NCBI GenBank assembly: GCA_028280285.1
Contig: JANQMA010000024.1
Location: forward strand, 117-64,116
Direction: 5' to 3'
Length of the DNA stretch: 64,000 bases
Source: Candidatus Omnitrophota bacterium
GTDB taxonomy: Bacteria; Omnitrophota; Gorgyraeia; Zapsychrales; Zapsychraceae
The translations under genes were made by a program, and so were the position numbers. The notes below the pieces were generated by a model, which was not told the origin of the DNA, ran no database searches, and saw only the letters and a program-made list of their open reading frames with translations. This document shows positions 7,447-15,491 of this stretch, piece by piece. The stretch's first letter is position 1. Each line of letters begins with the position of its first letter.

Positions 7447-10400
7447 ATGGAAGATATTGATTTAGCTAACTATATAAAATACTGCCTTGGTTATGTAAAA
7501 CTAACTCAACGTAGGACCTTTGTCTCCCAACAAAGATACTCAACGAATCTACCTAGTGAATACTTTGGTTTAATAGGATTATTAAATTTAGATTTAGATG
7601 GAAAATTAAGTGAGCTCATTAATTTTGAGACATTTTATTCAAATGATCCTAAGAATTTGTCAGAGGAAATTAAAGAAAAATACGAATTCGAGAAAAATCT
7701 AGCAAAAATTATTGACGATATTTATAACAAACATAAAAATGATCAGTTTACTAAACAAATTGTTCTCAACTTTGGGTATTTTGAAATAGAAATGCCTGTT
7801 GAGATTCTAGATGAAGAAGTGGAAAAGGGGGAGGGGGAAGAAAATTTAGAGGTAGAAGTTCAGGTCGATAGATATCCATTGTTTTCTGTTCCAGTAAGAA
7901 TTGAAAAAGAACTTAGTGAAGGGGTTCCACAATATTACGTCTATACCGTAGATCCAGAAATTCACATTAATGTAGGAATGTTAGAGTCTGTATTAGACAA
8001 TGACTTATACTACCAATTGGTAGAAAAGTTGGGAGAATATGAGAATAATGAAAAGCTAATTCTCCCTATCACTGAAGATGCGATATTTGTAGAAATATGG
8101 CATTTAATCAAAGCTCAGTTAAAATTAAAAGATGTAGCATTCGATGAAAAGTCTTTCAAATTAGAAGAAATACACATTTCTTTAGGGGCAAGATCAAATT
8201 ACTTCTTAGCAGAAGATTTACATAAATTGTCGAAGCTTAAAGAAAAAGATTTGTCTGGTACTTCTTTGACAAGTTGGACAAATAATGAAGGGTTAAGTGC
8301 AGAATCTAATATTCCAGGAGAAAAAGAATTATACTTTCCATTCTTATACGATAAGTTTCAACTAAGGGTTCTTAAGGTCATCAATAATAAAGCATCTGTA
8401 ATACAAGGGCCGCCTGGTACTGGAAAATCAGAAACAATATCAAATTTGCTTTGTCATTTAGCTGCTAATGGCAAGAAAGTTTTATTTGTAAGCCAAAAGG
8501 CACAGGCTTTAAAGGTAGTAAAAGATAAACTCAAGAAGTTAGATATACCATATTTGTTTGGTTACCTACCCAACCCCGCTTCAGCGCAATTAAATGAAAT
8601 TGATGAAGAGGATGGAATAGCTATTCAGCTAACTGCATTGGGTTCTTTAATCGAAAAAATGAGTTATGAAAATCAAAAAAATAATAGCTCTAATAAGTCA
8701 TTAGATAGTGTTGTTAAGAAGAAGCAAGGAGTTCAAAGCGGTTTTATTGATGGGATTGAGTGCGAAAGAAAAGTTTTTAATTTGATGGGGGAGTTGAATG
8801 CTCTTAAAGAATATGATTTGGAATTGGTAAATTTAGCTGATTTTAGTCTTAACTTTTCAAAAGACGAGAGAGATTTTATTAGAGGATTAATTTTTGATAT
8901 TAATAGAGTTGAGGATCAAATTTCTCAATATAATTCATCAACCAATGAGAATAGCTATAGAGATTTATTTAGTACTGTGGATTTTAGCGCTCAAAAATAT
9001 TTTGATGTTTTGGAGAAATTTAAAGAGGACTATTCTAAATCTGGGTATGATCGAAATAATAAAATTATACGAAAATGTAATAACTTTATAAGAAATTTTC
9101 GTCTGGGTAAGCAAAGGTCAAAATTACCAAGGGAAATAGTGAATTATATTGATAGCTTGGTTAATGATGATATCTCAAAAAGCGTTGGGCTTAAGAAATT
9201 AAGCGACCTTTCTGAGTATATTCTTTTTTGTGAAAATAATTTTTTAAATGAGGATTTGAATAAAAAATTAATAAATGCATGCTCCAAAAACGGTATTAAT
9301 TTAGAATTGCTTGATAAAATGGATGCTTTTGTTGAAAGCACAAAGGCTAGAGATGTTGATCAGGTTAAAGAAAGGATATTAAAGGTTAGTGCTTTAAGAA
9401 ATGAAATTGATGATTTAAAAAAAGACAATGATTTAGATTTAAATAGATACTCTAGTGATATGCAAAATATACATAATGACCGAAGTAAGAGAATTGCACT
9501 TTATTTGAAGAATATTATTAATAAAGATCTTATGAATAGTTGGAAAGGCAGTGTCTCCGTCAAGCAAATAATTACAAAATTAGCTAAAGCATTTGGCAAG
9601 TCTAAGAAAGCGTTTAAAACGTTTGATAAATTGAGAAATGATCCAAATAACTTCAAAACGATCCTTAACTTAATACCAATTTGGACTATGGAATTAGACG
9701 ATGCAAGTCGAATTGTTCCTTTGGAGGCAAATTTATTTGACTATGTAGTATTAGATGAGGCTTCACAATGTAATATTGCGTATACTTTGCCAGTAATGTT
9801 TAGAGCTGGTAAGGCCGTATTTGTAGGAGATAGTGAACAGATGCGTGATAGTACTATAATGTTTAAATCTAATAGATCTTTTGACGAGCTAGCAAAAAGA
9901 TACAAAATTCCTGAAGAGTTACAAATAAAGTCAACGGGCTCAGCAGTTCAGTCTATCTTAGATATTGCAACATCAAGAGGGTTTTGGTCAACGCCTCTGA
10001 GATTTCATTATAGATCGCCAAGCGAGTTGATAGGTTTTAGTAATAAATCATTTTATAAACCTAAAGGAAAAGAATTAATTCCTTTGAACAATAGTTATTT
10101 GGCATATAAAGATACTAATAGAGTGATGCTTACTCATAGGATCAAACCTGATTGGAATAAAGAAATTTCCGAAAAAGTAAATGTTGCAGAAGCTAAAGCT
10201 ATTCTTGAGTTCTTTAAGGAAATAAAAAAAGATGACTATCTTAAAGATAAGTCTGTAGGAATATTATCATTTTTTAATTCTCAAGCTACGTATATTCGAG
10301 AGTTGTTTGAGAAAGAGGGGTTTAAAGAAGATGAGAATAATTATAAAGTAAGTATTATTGAAGGTATTCAAGGAGACGAAAAGGATATAATTATTTATTC

Positions 10401-10983
10401 ATTTGTAATTAAATCGCCAGATCAAAAGAATAAATACTACCCTCTAACAGGGGAAGGGGGGGATATACGAGGTGATATAAATCGTGGACGAGTAAACGTT
10501 GCGTTTTCAAGAGCGCGATTGCAGGTTCACTGTTTTACGAGTTTAGATGTAAATGATATGCCAGATAAAATTTGGTTAAAGAAATATCTCGAATATGTTG
10601 AGAAACAAGGTAAGGTCGACTTTTATTCAACAGAATTAAAACCATTTGATTCCAATTTTGAGAAAGAATTTTATGGTTTTACTAGAGAAAAGCTAGATCA
10701 GAATTATTTAATTCAGAATCAAGTAAAAAGTTGTGGTTTCAAGATAGACTTTGTAATTACAAATTCTAGTACAGGGAAAAGAATTGCAGTTGAATGTGAC
10801 GGACCTACTCATTTCAAGAATGAATTGGATGAAGAGCTTGATATTTATGTAGATAGTGATGAAGAAAGACAAAGAGTTTTGGAAGCAGCGGGATGGAGAT
10901 TTTATAGGTTGAAGTATTCAGACTGGATTAATCCTGATTTTAAAAAAAACAAATATATTGAGGAAATGAAAGCATTGCTTTAG
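7447..10983 (+). CDS. Superfamily-1 (Upf1/DNA2-like, AAA_11/AAA_12) helicase with an N-terminal DUF4011-like region and a C-terminal DUF559 (Vsr-like PD-(D/E)xK) endonuclease domain
   Basis: Walker A is GPPGTGKSETISNLL. Helicase motifs are VLDEASQ and the RNVAFSRAR-like GRVNVAFSRAR. The C-terminus FKIDFVITNSSTGKRIAVECDGPTHF ... AAGWRFYRL is DUF559-type. Confidence 0.8.
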   Translation: MEDIDLANYIKYCLGYVKLTQRRTFVSQQRYSTNLPSEYFGLIGLLNLDLDGKLSELINFETFYSNDPKNLSEEIKEKYEFEKNLAKIIDDIYNKHKNDQFTKQIVLNFGYFEIEMPVEILDEEVEKGEGEENLEVEVQVDRYPLFSVPVRIEKELSEGVPQYYVYTVDPEIHINVGMLESVLDNDLYYQLVEKLGEYENNEKLILPITEDAIFVEIWHLIKAQLKLKDVAFDEKSFKLEEIHISLGARSNYFLAEDLHKLSKLKEKDLSGTSLTSWTNNEGLSAESNIPGEKELYFPFLYDKFQLRVLKVINNKASVIQGPPGTGKSETISNLLCHLAANGKKVLFVSQKAQALKVVKDKLKKLDIPYLFGYLPNPASAQLNEIDEEDGIAIQLTALGSLIEKMSYENQKNNSSNKSLDSVVKKKQGVQSGFIDGIECERKVFNLMGELNALKEYDLELVNLADFSLNFSKDERDFIRGLIFDINRVEDQISQYNSSTNENSYRDLFSTVDFSAQKYFDVLEKFKEDYSKSGYDRNNKIIRKCNNFIRNFRLGKQRSKLPREIVNYIDSLVNDDISKSVGLKKLSDLSEYILFCENNFLNEDLNKKLINACSKNGINLELLDKMDAFVESTKARDVDQVKERILKVSALRNEIDDLKKDNDLDLNRYSSDMQNIHNDRSKRIALYLKNIINKDLMNSWKGSVSVKQIITKLAKAFGKSKKAFKTFDKLRNDPNNFKTILNLIPIWTMELDDASRIVPLEANLFDYVVLDEASQCNIAYTLPVMFRAGKAVFVGDSEQMRDSTIMFKSNRSFDELAKRYKIPEELQIKSTGSAVQSILDIATSRGFWSTPLRFHYRSPSELIGFSNKSFYKPKGKELIPLNNSYLAYKDTNRVMLTHRIKPDWNKEISEKVNVAEAKAILEFFKEIKKDDYLKDKSVGILSFFNSQATYIRELFEKEGFKEDENNYKVSIIEGIQGDEKDIIIYSFVIKSPDQKNKYYPLTGEGGDIRGDINRGRVNVAFSRARLQVHCFTSLDVNDMPDKIWLKKYLEYVEKQGKVDFYSTELKPFDSNFEKEFYGFTREKLDQNYLIQNQVKSCGFKIDFVITNSSTGKRIAVECDGPTHFKNELDEELDIYVDSDEERQRVLEAAGWRFYRLKYSDWINPDFKKNKYIEEMKALL

Positions 10984-11027
10984 AGTTTTTTGCAATTACT
11001 TATGAGATGATTCTTAGATGAATCTGG

Positions 11028-11038
11028 GTTCTGACATC
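11028..11038. repeat. Partial REP family 2 copy (GTTCTGACATC), right half only. It resembles 19598-19637
   Basis: tatgagatgattcttagatgaatctgggttctgacatcatttt versus tatgagataattcttacataaatctgttctgacaccattt. Confidence 0.5.
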
Positions 11039-11045
11039 ATTTTTT

Positions 11046-11567
11046 ATGGATTCCTATTTTTTAAAAGAAAGTATTTTGCTTATTATTGCAGGATGTATTG
11101 GGTATTTTTCTGCGATAAGAGTACAAGATAGAGAAAGAAATTGCAATTTTAGGAATATGATTAAGATTCTGTATGGTGAGATGGAGAGTGCATATAGAAT
11201 TTTGTTTATTGGTGATAATCAAATTTATTCTGGAGATTTAAGAAATATTTTGATGAATTATAGAAAATTTAACTTAAGAAATTATGAGGCTATTCTTCCA
11301 GAAATCATTGGGCATAAATATTTTGAAAGAAATTGCGGATTTTTTAAAAAAATAGATTATATCTATTTATTATTAGATGAGATAAATGATCGGATAAATG
11401 CAATGATTCCTTATAAGGATGACTTAAATAATTATTGCGTAGATCATAAAAAGTTAATAGATTTAATGGATGAGGTTCGTCATTATTATTCTAAAGATAT
11501 AACACATAGCTCTAATGCTAAATTTGAGGAAACAGAATTATACAAAGGTTTTAAATCACTTTTTTAA
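11046..11567 (+). CDS. Hypothetical protein with an N-terminal TM anchor, in the AT-rich module
   Basis: An ORF with TM helix ILLIIAGCIGYFSAI and no recognisable domain. There is no clear RBS. Confidence 0.4.
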   Translation: MDSYFLKESILLIIAGCIGYFSAIRVQDRERNCNFRNMIKILYGEMESAYRILFIGDNQIYSGDLRNILMNYRKFNLRNYEAILPEIIGHKYFERNCGFFKKIDYIYLLLDEINDRINAMIPYKDDLNNYCVDHKKLIDLMDEVRHYYSKDITHSSNAKFEETELYKGFKSLF

Positions 11568-11618
11568 TTAGTAACAATTAATAAATATCTAGATACGAAT
11601 TCTATTTTTTGATTTGAA

Positions 11619-11846
11619 TTAATAATTAAGAAGTTTGGAAGGGGTTGTCTTCAGGGCTTTTGCTATTTTGAATAAAACTTGAAGTGATGGAAGGTCAGCT
11701 TGAGAGGTCATTTCCAGTCTTTGCCAATATTTATATGTAATTCCTGCCTTTTCCGCAGCTTGTTCCTGCGTCAATCCTAACTTGCCACGGTAATCCTTAA
11801 CATTTTTGACAAGAATACGTTTAATTTTCTTTTGTGCATTTGTCAT
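11619..11846 (-). CDS. XRE-family HTH transcriptional regulator
   Basis: HTH_XRE motif LGLTQEQAAEKAGITYKYWQRLE. Confidence 0.8.
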   Translation of the reverse strand: MTNAQKKIKRILVKNVKDYRGKLGLTQEQAAEKAGITYKYWQRLEMTSQADLPSLQVLFKIAKALKTTPSKLLNY

Positions 11847-11924
11847 AAGTTTATTATGTAATAAAATACCTTAGCGGTACACTCAGGATAAGGTATGTAA
11901 TATTTCTTTACATATCTTATAGGT

Positions 11925-12125
11925 ATGCATATAATATTGAGCATGAAGGCCGAAAGAGAGGCTATCGCCGATATTAAGAATGCGCTGCAGCATCCCCAAA
12001 CGATTTTGGAAATCATGAAAGATAAGAGGGGTAATCAAAATAAGATTCCGATCGAGGATGTGGATAATGGATTAAAGGCGATTCGCCGGGCGGTCAGGTT
12101 ACTTAATAAATTAGCGAAGTGGTAA
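11925..12125 (+). CDS. Small hypothetical protein (66 aa), divergent from the XRE regulator
   Basis: ORF only. Confidence 0.3.
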   Translation: MHIILSMKAEREAIADIKNALQHPQTILEIMKDKRGNQNKIPIEDVDNGLKAIRRAVRLLNKLAKW

Positions 12126-12595
12126 TGGCAGGAAAGACAAGATACGTGTGGCATAAAATTAGTGCTCTATTTTCATGTAAGAAAGGGGGCGCTCATCAAC
12201 CCCCAAAAGTCATTCTGGTAATCGAAGACAATGACGTCGATATGCGGATTATTGAAAAGAGTCTTAAGGGGCTTAATTGCCGGATTCTCAAAGCCACGGG
12301 CGCGGCCGCCGGGCTTGCCCTGGCGCGCCGTAAAGCCCCTGATCTGATTATCCTCGATTGCCTCTTGCCTGAGATGCGCGGAGAGGAGGTCTGCCGCCGG
12401 CTTAAGACAGATGCCAAGACCAAGTCTATTCCGGTTGTCATTCTGACCGTGCTTGAGAACAATATCCTCGATTGCTATGAGGCCGGCGCCACCAAATACT
12501 TAAGCAAACCCATCACCCCCAAAATCCTCCGCCTCGAGGTCCAGGACGCCCTCGCCAACCCCACCCCGGTGATGGATGACGGGATTGATAAATAG
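12119..12595 (+). CDS. Stand-alone response-regulator receiver (CheY-like) protein. GC-rich gene; the N-terminal start is uncertain
   Basis: KVILVIEDNDVD ... LIILDCLLPEMRGEE ... KPI receiver signature. The stop TAG lies inside a family 1 REP palindrome. Confidence 0.7.
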   Translation: MVMAGKTRYVWHKISALFSCKKGGAHQPPKVILVIEDNDVDMRIIEKSLKGLNCRILKATGAAAGLALARRKAPDLIILDCLLPEMRGEEVCRRLKTDAKTKSIPVVILTVLENNILDCYEAGATKYLSKPITPKILRLEVQDALANPTPVMDDGIDK

Positions 12596-12610
12596 TACCC
12601 GGCACTATTG
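12588..12610. repeat. REP family 1 palindrome (ATAAATAGTACCCGGCACTATTG) overlapping the stop codon of the preceding gene
   Basis: Palindrome arms AATAGTACC/GGCACTATT. The TAG at 12593-12595 is embedded in it. Confidence 0.65.
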
Positions 12611-12675
12611 ATTTCTGCGTGCATTAGTATCACAAACTGTGACACCTTAAAATGAATGGGTTGGAAAAGTTTAAA

Positions 12676-12696
12676 CCGGTCGCAAATTGCGACCGG
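12676..12696. promoter_or_regulatory. Perfect 21-nt palindrome CCGGTCGCAAATTGCGACCGG, copy 1 of 3, upstream of the ORF6N gene. Candidate operator
   Basis: Read directly from the sequence. Related copies lie at 13015-13035 and 13052-13076. Confidence 0.5.
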
Positions 12697-12805
12697 TCCA
12701 AAACTTGACACTTCGCTTTCATCCCGCTAGAATAATCGCATCCCTCCAGAAGTTACCTATCACTAAAAACTTTCGATTTCTCCTATAAATACGAAGGAGA
12801 AGTGT

Positions 12806-13726
12806 ATGTCAACCAAAGTAAATCGATCACATAATAAAAAATTACTCCAAAGCAAGATCTACACCATACGTGGCCTACAGGTCATGTTGGATAGCGATTT
12901 AGCCGAGTTCTATAATGTAGCTGTAAAAAGATTGAATGAACAAGTTAAGAGGAATGTTGACCGGTTTCCGAAAGAGTTTAGATTTCAGATCACCAATAAT
13001 GAATATAATGCTCTAAGGTCGCAATCTGCGACCTTAAAAGAGGGTAAAAACTTGAGGTCGCAAATTGCGACCTCAAGTTCTAAACATGGAGGAAGGAGAT
13101 ACCAGCCATACGTATTTACAGAGCAAGGTGTGGCTATGCTTTCTACCGTGCTTAATAGCGAACAAGCCATAAAAATGAGTGTTCAAATTATCAAAGCATT
13201 CGTAAGTATGCGTAAGTTGATAGCCAATAATGCACTTGTTTTTCAAAGATTGGAGAAAGTTGAACAAAAGCAATTAGCCACAGATGTTAAGCTAGATCAA
13301 GTTTTTGCGGCTATCGAGGCTAAGGACATAAAACCCCAACAAGGTATATTCTTTGATGGGCAGGTTTTTGATGCGTATGTATTTGTGTCGAAACTCATTA
13401 AAAGCGCTAAAAGATCAATCATATTGGTTGATAATTATATTGATGAATCGGTGCTGATGCTGCTTTCTAAAAGAAAAAGCAAGTGTGCTGCCACTATTTA
13501 TACTAAAACTATTTCTAAAAAACTACAGTTGGACTTAAAGAAACATAATGAACAATACTCCCCCATAGAAATTAAATCATTCAAAAATGCCCATGACCGA
13601 TTTTTGATTTTGGATGAAAAGGAAATCTATCATATCGGCGCATCGTTAAAAGATCTGGGTAAAAAATGGTTTGCTTTCTCCAAGTTCGATAAACGAATCT
13701 TGGACGTTTTAAAAAGATTGCGGTGA
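12806..13726 (+). CDS. ORF6N-domain protein (phage-type DNA-binding N-terminal domain) with an uncharacterised C-terminal half
   Basis: N-terminus KIYTIRGLQVMLDSDLAEFYNV ... YQPYVFTEQGVAMLSTVL is typical of ORF6N. The coding region contains two copies of the palindrome at 13015-13035 and 13052-13076, which produce the repeat LRSQSATL / LRSQIATS. Confidence 0.65.
   Translation: MSTKVNRSHNKKLLQSKIYTIRGLQVMLDSDLAEFYNVAVKRLNEQVKRNVDRFPKEFRFQITNNEYNALRSQSATLKEGKNLRSQIATSSSKHGGRRYQPYVFTEQGVAMLSTVLNSEQAIKMSVQIIKAFVSMRKLIANNALVFQRLEKVEQKQLATDVKLDQVFAAIEAKDIKPQQGIFFDGQVFDAYVFVSKLIKSAKRSIILVDNYIDESVLMLLSKRKSKCAATIYTKTISKKLQLDLKKHNEQYSPIEIKSFKNAHDRFLILDEKEIYHIGASLKDLGKKWFAFSKFDKRILDVLKRLR
13015..13076. 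repeat. Two palindromes (AAGGTCGCAATCTGCGACCTT and TTGAGGTCGCAAATTGCGACCTCAA) inside the ORF6N coding sequence
   Basis: The core GGTCGCAAwyTGCGACC also occurs at 12676-12696. Confidence 0.6.
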
Positions 13727-13750
13727 AGTTAGGGATAATAGGAGGAAATC

Positions 13751-14041
13751 ATGAAAGATTATTTTTTCAATACACAAATTGTTATTTTAGTGTCCCGGCA
13801 GGAATCCGGGATTTTAAAAAATCTGGTGATTTATGAGCCTTGGATTCTGGATAAACTAGAAGGCATAGATTGGTTTGAGGATTGTGCATGGCTAGAATTT
13901 GATTGGGAGGAAATAGAAGATTTAGAATCCGCACTCCAGGCACACATAACAGATTCAGGATTATCTTTAGGATTGAAACAATTGTTGGAGAAAATCCAAC
14001 ATATTATATGTGAGTATAATAATTTCACACTAGGATACTAA
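13751..14041 (+). CDS. Small acidic hypothetical protein (96 aa) with a strong SD
   Basis: RBS aataGGAGGaaatcATG. No recognisable domain. Confidence 0.45.
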   Translation: MKDYFFNTQIVILVSRQESGILKNLVIYEPWILDKLEGIDWFEDCAWLEFDWEEIEDLESALQAHITDSGLSLGLKQLLEKIQHIICEYNNFTLGY

Positions 14042-14075
14042 AAGAAATACTACCCGGCACTAGTTATTTTCTCTT

Positions 14076-14110
14076 GATTAACACTCATATGTGTGGTATA
14101 AATGGTGAAC
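14076..14110 (+). promoter_or_regulatory. Sigma70 promoter TTGATT-17-TATAAA with the TGTGTGGTATAAA motif, a twin of the tRNA promoter
   Basis: TTGATTaacactcatatgtgtggTATAAAt. It is followed by about 280 nt with no ORF before the toxin gene. Confidence 0.45.
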
Positions 14111-14392
14111 CTGCTTCGCTGCAATACTGCGTTTGTTTTCACTCAATGTTTTCACGTTGAGCTCAAACAATGCTCGTGTTGGCTACGCATAAAAGATGCA
14201 GGCATCTTTTAAAGTTCGCTGTAACAATTTATGTCGCTTGGCTCCATAAATTGTACGCTCACTTAGCCCCCCTAAGAGTTCTTTTACTACAATAATTCTA
14301 GTCTTGATTTCCTCATAATTTTATACCTTGGCGGCATGTCATATTACATTGAAAACTATGCCACCTAGTGGTATAGTTTAAGGGAGAGGTGT

Positions 14393-14770
14393 ATGAGGTG
14401 CTTAAAGCATAAGTGGTTTGAAAAAGATTTAAAGCGTTATCACTTGGATGATCAATATGTGTGTAATATTTTAGATGATATTTCTGCAGGAAGGGCTGTT
14501 GCGCTTGGAGGAAAAATTTATAAAATCCGTGCGTCACGTAAAGGACACGGCAAAAGCGCGGGTTTTCGCAATATTTTCTTTTGGAAGCGCGATGAATTAA
14601 TTATACTCTATACTATTTTTAGTAAAAATGAACGCGATAATTTAACAGTAAGCGAATTGGAATCTTTAAAAGATTTATCTCGAACATACGATAAATTGAC
14701 AAAAAAAGAAATGGATTTGGTAATTCAAAATAACATTCTAGTGGAGGTTCATGATGATAAAAAAAGGTAG
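14393..14770 (+). CDS. RelE/ParE-superfamily toxin, HigB2-like
   Basis: GGKIYKIRASRKGHGKSAGFRNIFFWKRDELIILYTIFSKNERDNLT resembles the HigB2-type toxin core. It overlaps the next gene by 20 nt. Confidence 0.65.
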   Translation: MRCLKHKWFEKDLKRYHLDDQYVCNILDDISAGRAVALGGKIYKIRASRKGHGKSAGFRNIFFWKRDELIILYTIFSKNERDNLTVSELESLKDLSRTYDKLTKKEMDLVIQNNILVEVHDDKKR

Positions 14771-15077
14771 CACGCATTCTAAAATTATGGATATGGTTGA
14801 GGAAAGTCTTCTTGATTTATCTAAGATTAAAGATGTATCAGTGAGCCTCAAAAAGTTTTATAAGCTCAAATACCCTGAACCAAAACAGTTTAAAAAAGCA
14901 GATATTATCCGTCTTAGAAAAAAGTTAAATGTCAGTCAGGCAGTGCTCGCGCGCGTGCTTAACGCCAGTGAAAGCACGGTGCGCAAGTGGGAAGCCGGGG
15001 ATAAAGAACCGGGCGGCGCTAATTGCCGGTTGCTACAAATTTTAGAAAACAAAGGGCTTCAAGTTTTAAGTAATTAG
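14751..15077 (+). CDS. HTH (XRE-type) antitoxin, HigA2-like
   Basis: LNVSQAVLARVLNASESTVRKWEAGDKEPGGANCRLLQIL is the HTH plus conserved C-terminus of HigA2-type antitoxins. Translationally coupled to the toxin. Confidence 0.65.
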   Translation: MMIKKGSTHSKIMDMVEESLLDLSKIKDVSVSLKKFYKLKYPEPKQFKKADIIRLRKKLNVSQAVLARVLNASESTVRKWEAGDKEPGGANCRLLQILENKGLQVLSN

Positions 15078-15107
15078 CGTCAGGCACTATTTATGTAGGA
15101 GAATATT

Positions 15108-15392
15108 ATGAAAAACAAACATATCGGCAGTAGTTTTGAAGATTGGTTGAAGGAAGAAGGGATTTTTGAAGAGGTAGAAGCGGCGGCCACCAAACATGTG
15201 ATTGCTTGGCAAATTCGTCAAATTATGAAAAAGAAAAAATTAACCAAAACCGAAATGACTAAGCGGATGAAGATTAAAAATCGTAATCAACTTGATCGTT
15301 TGCTTGATCCTAAAAATGAATCCGTCACACTATTAACATTGGCAAAGGCGGCAACCGCTTTAGGGAAGAAGTTGCAGATCAAGTTGATTTAA
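15108..15392 (+). CDS. Small HTH DNA-binding protein of an antitoxin-like XRE family
   Basis: IGSSFEDWLKEEGI ... LTKTEMTKRMKI ... LDRLLDPKNESVTLLTLAKAATALGKKL is a pattern seen in antitoxin-type HTH proteins. Confidence 0.55.
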   Translation: MKNKHIGSSFEDWLKEEGIFEEVEAAATKHVIAWQIRQIMKKKKLTKTEMTKRMKIKNRNQLDRLLDPKNESVTLLTLAKAATALGKKLQIKLI

Positions 15393-15420
15393 ATTGAAAC
15401 TTATGCCATACCCAAGGAAT

Positions 15421-15449
15421 TTGACAAGCCTTGGCTTGTATTGTATGAT
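15421..15449 (+). promoter_or_regulatory. Consensus sigma70 promoter TTGACA-17-TATGAT upstream of the cpATP-grasp operon
   Basis: TTGACAagccttggcttgtattgTATGAT. Confidence 0.55.
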
Positions 15450-15491
15450 TTAGGCATATATTAGGCAACGATGTCTTAATCTTAATAGGTA

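Noticed and set aside
1365-10983. A Mokosh-like pairing of the PLD protein with the Upf1-like helicase
   Set aside because: The two genes are 4.5 kb apart and separated by a tRNA, Fic and lipase, each with its own promoter. They are not operonic, so a defined Mokosh-type system is not supported
12196-12462. 88-aa minus-strand ORF inside the receiver gene
   Set aside because: A GC-rich antisense frame. The receiver-domain reading on the + strand is unambiguous
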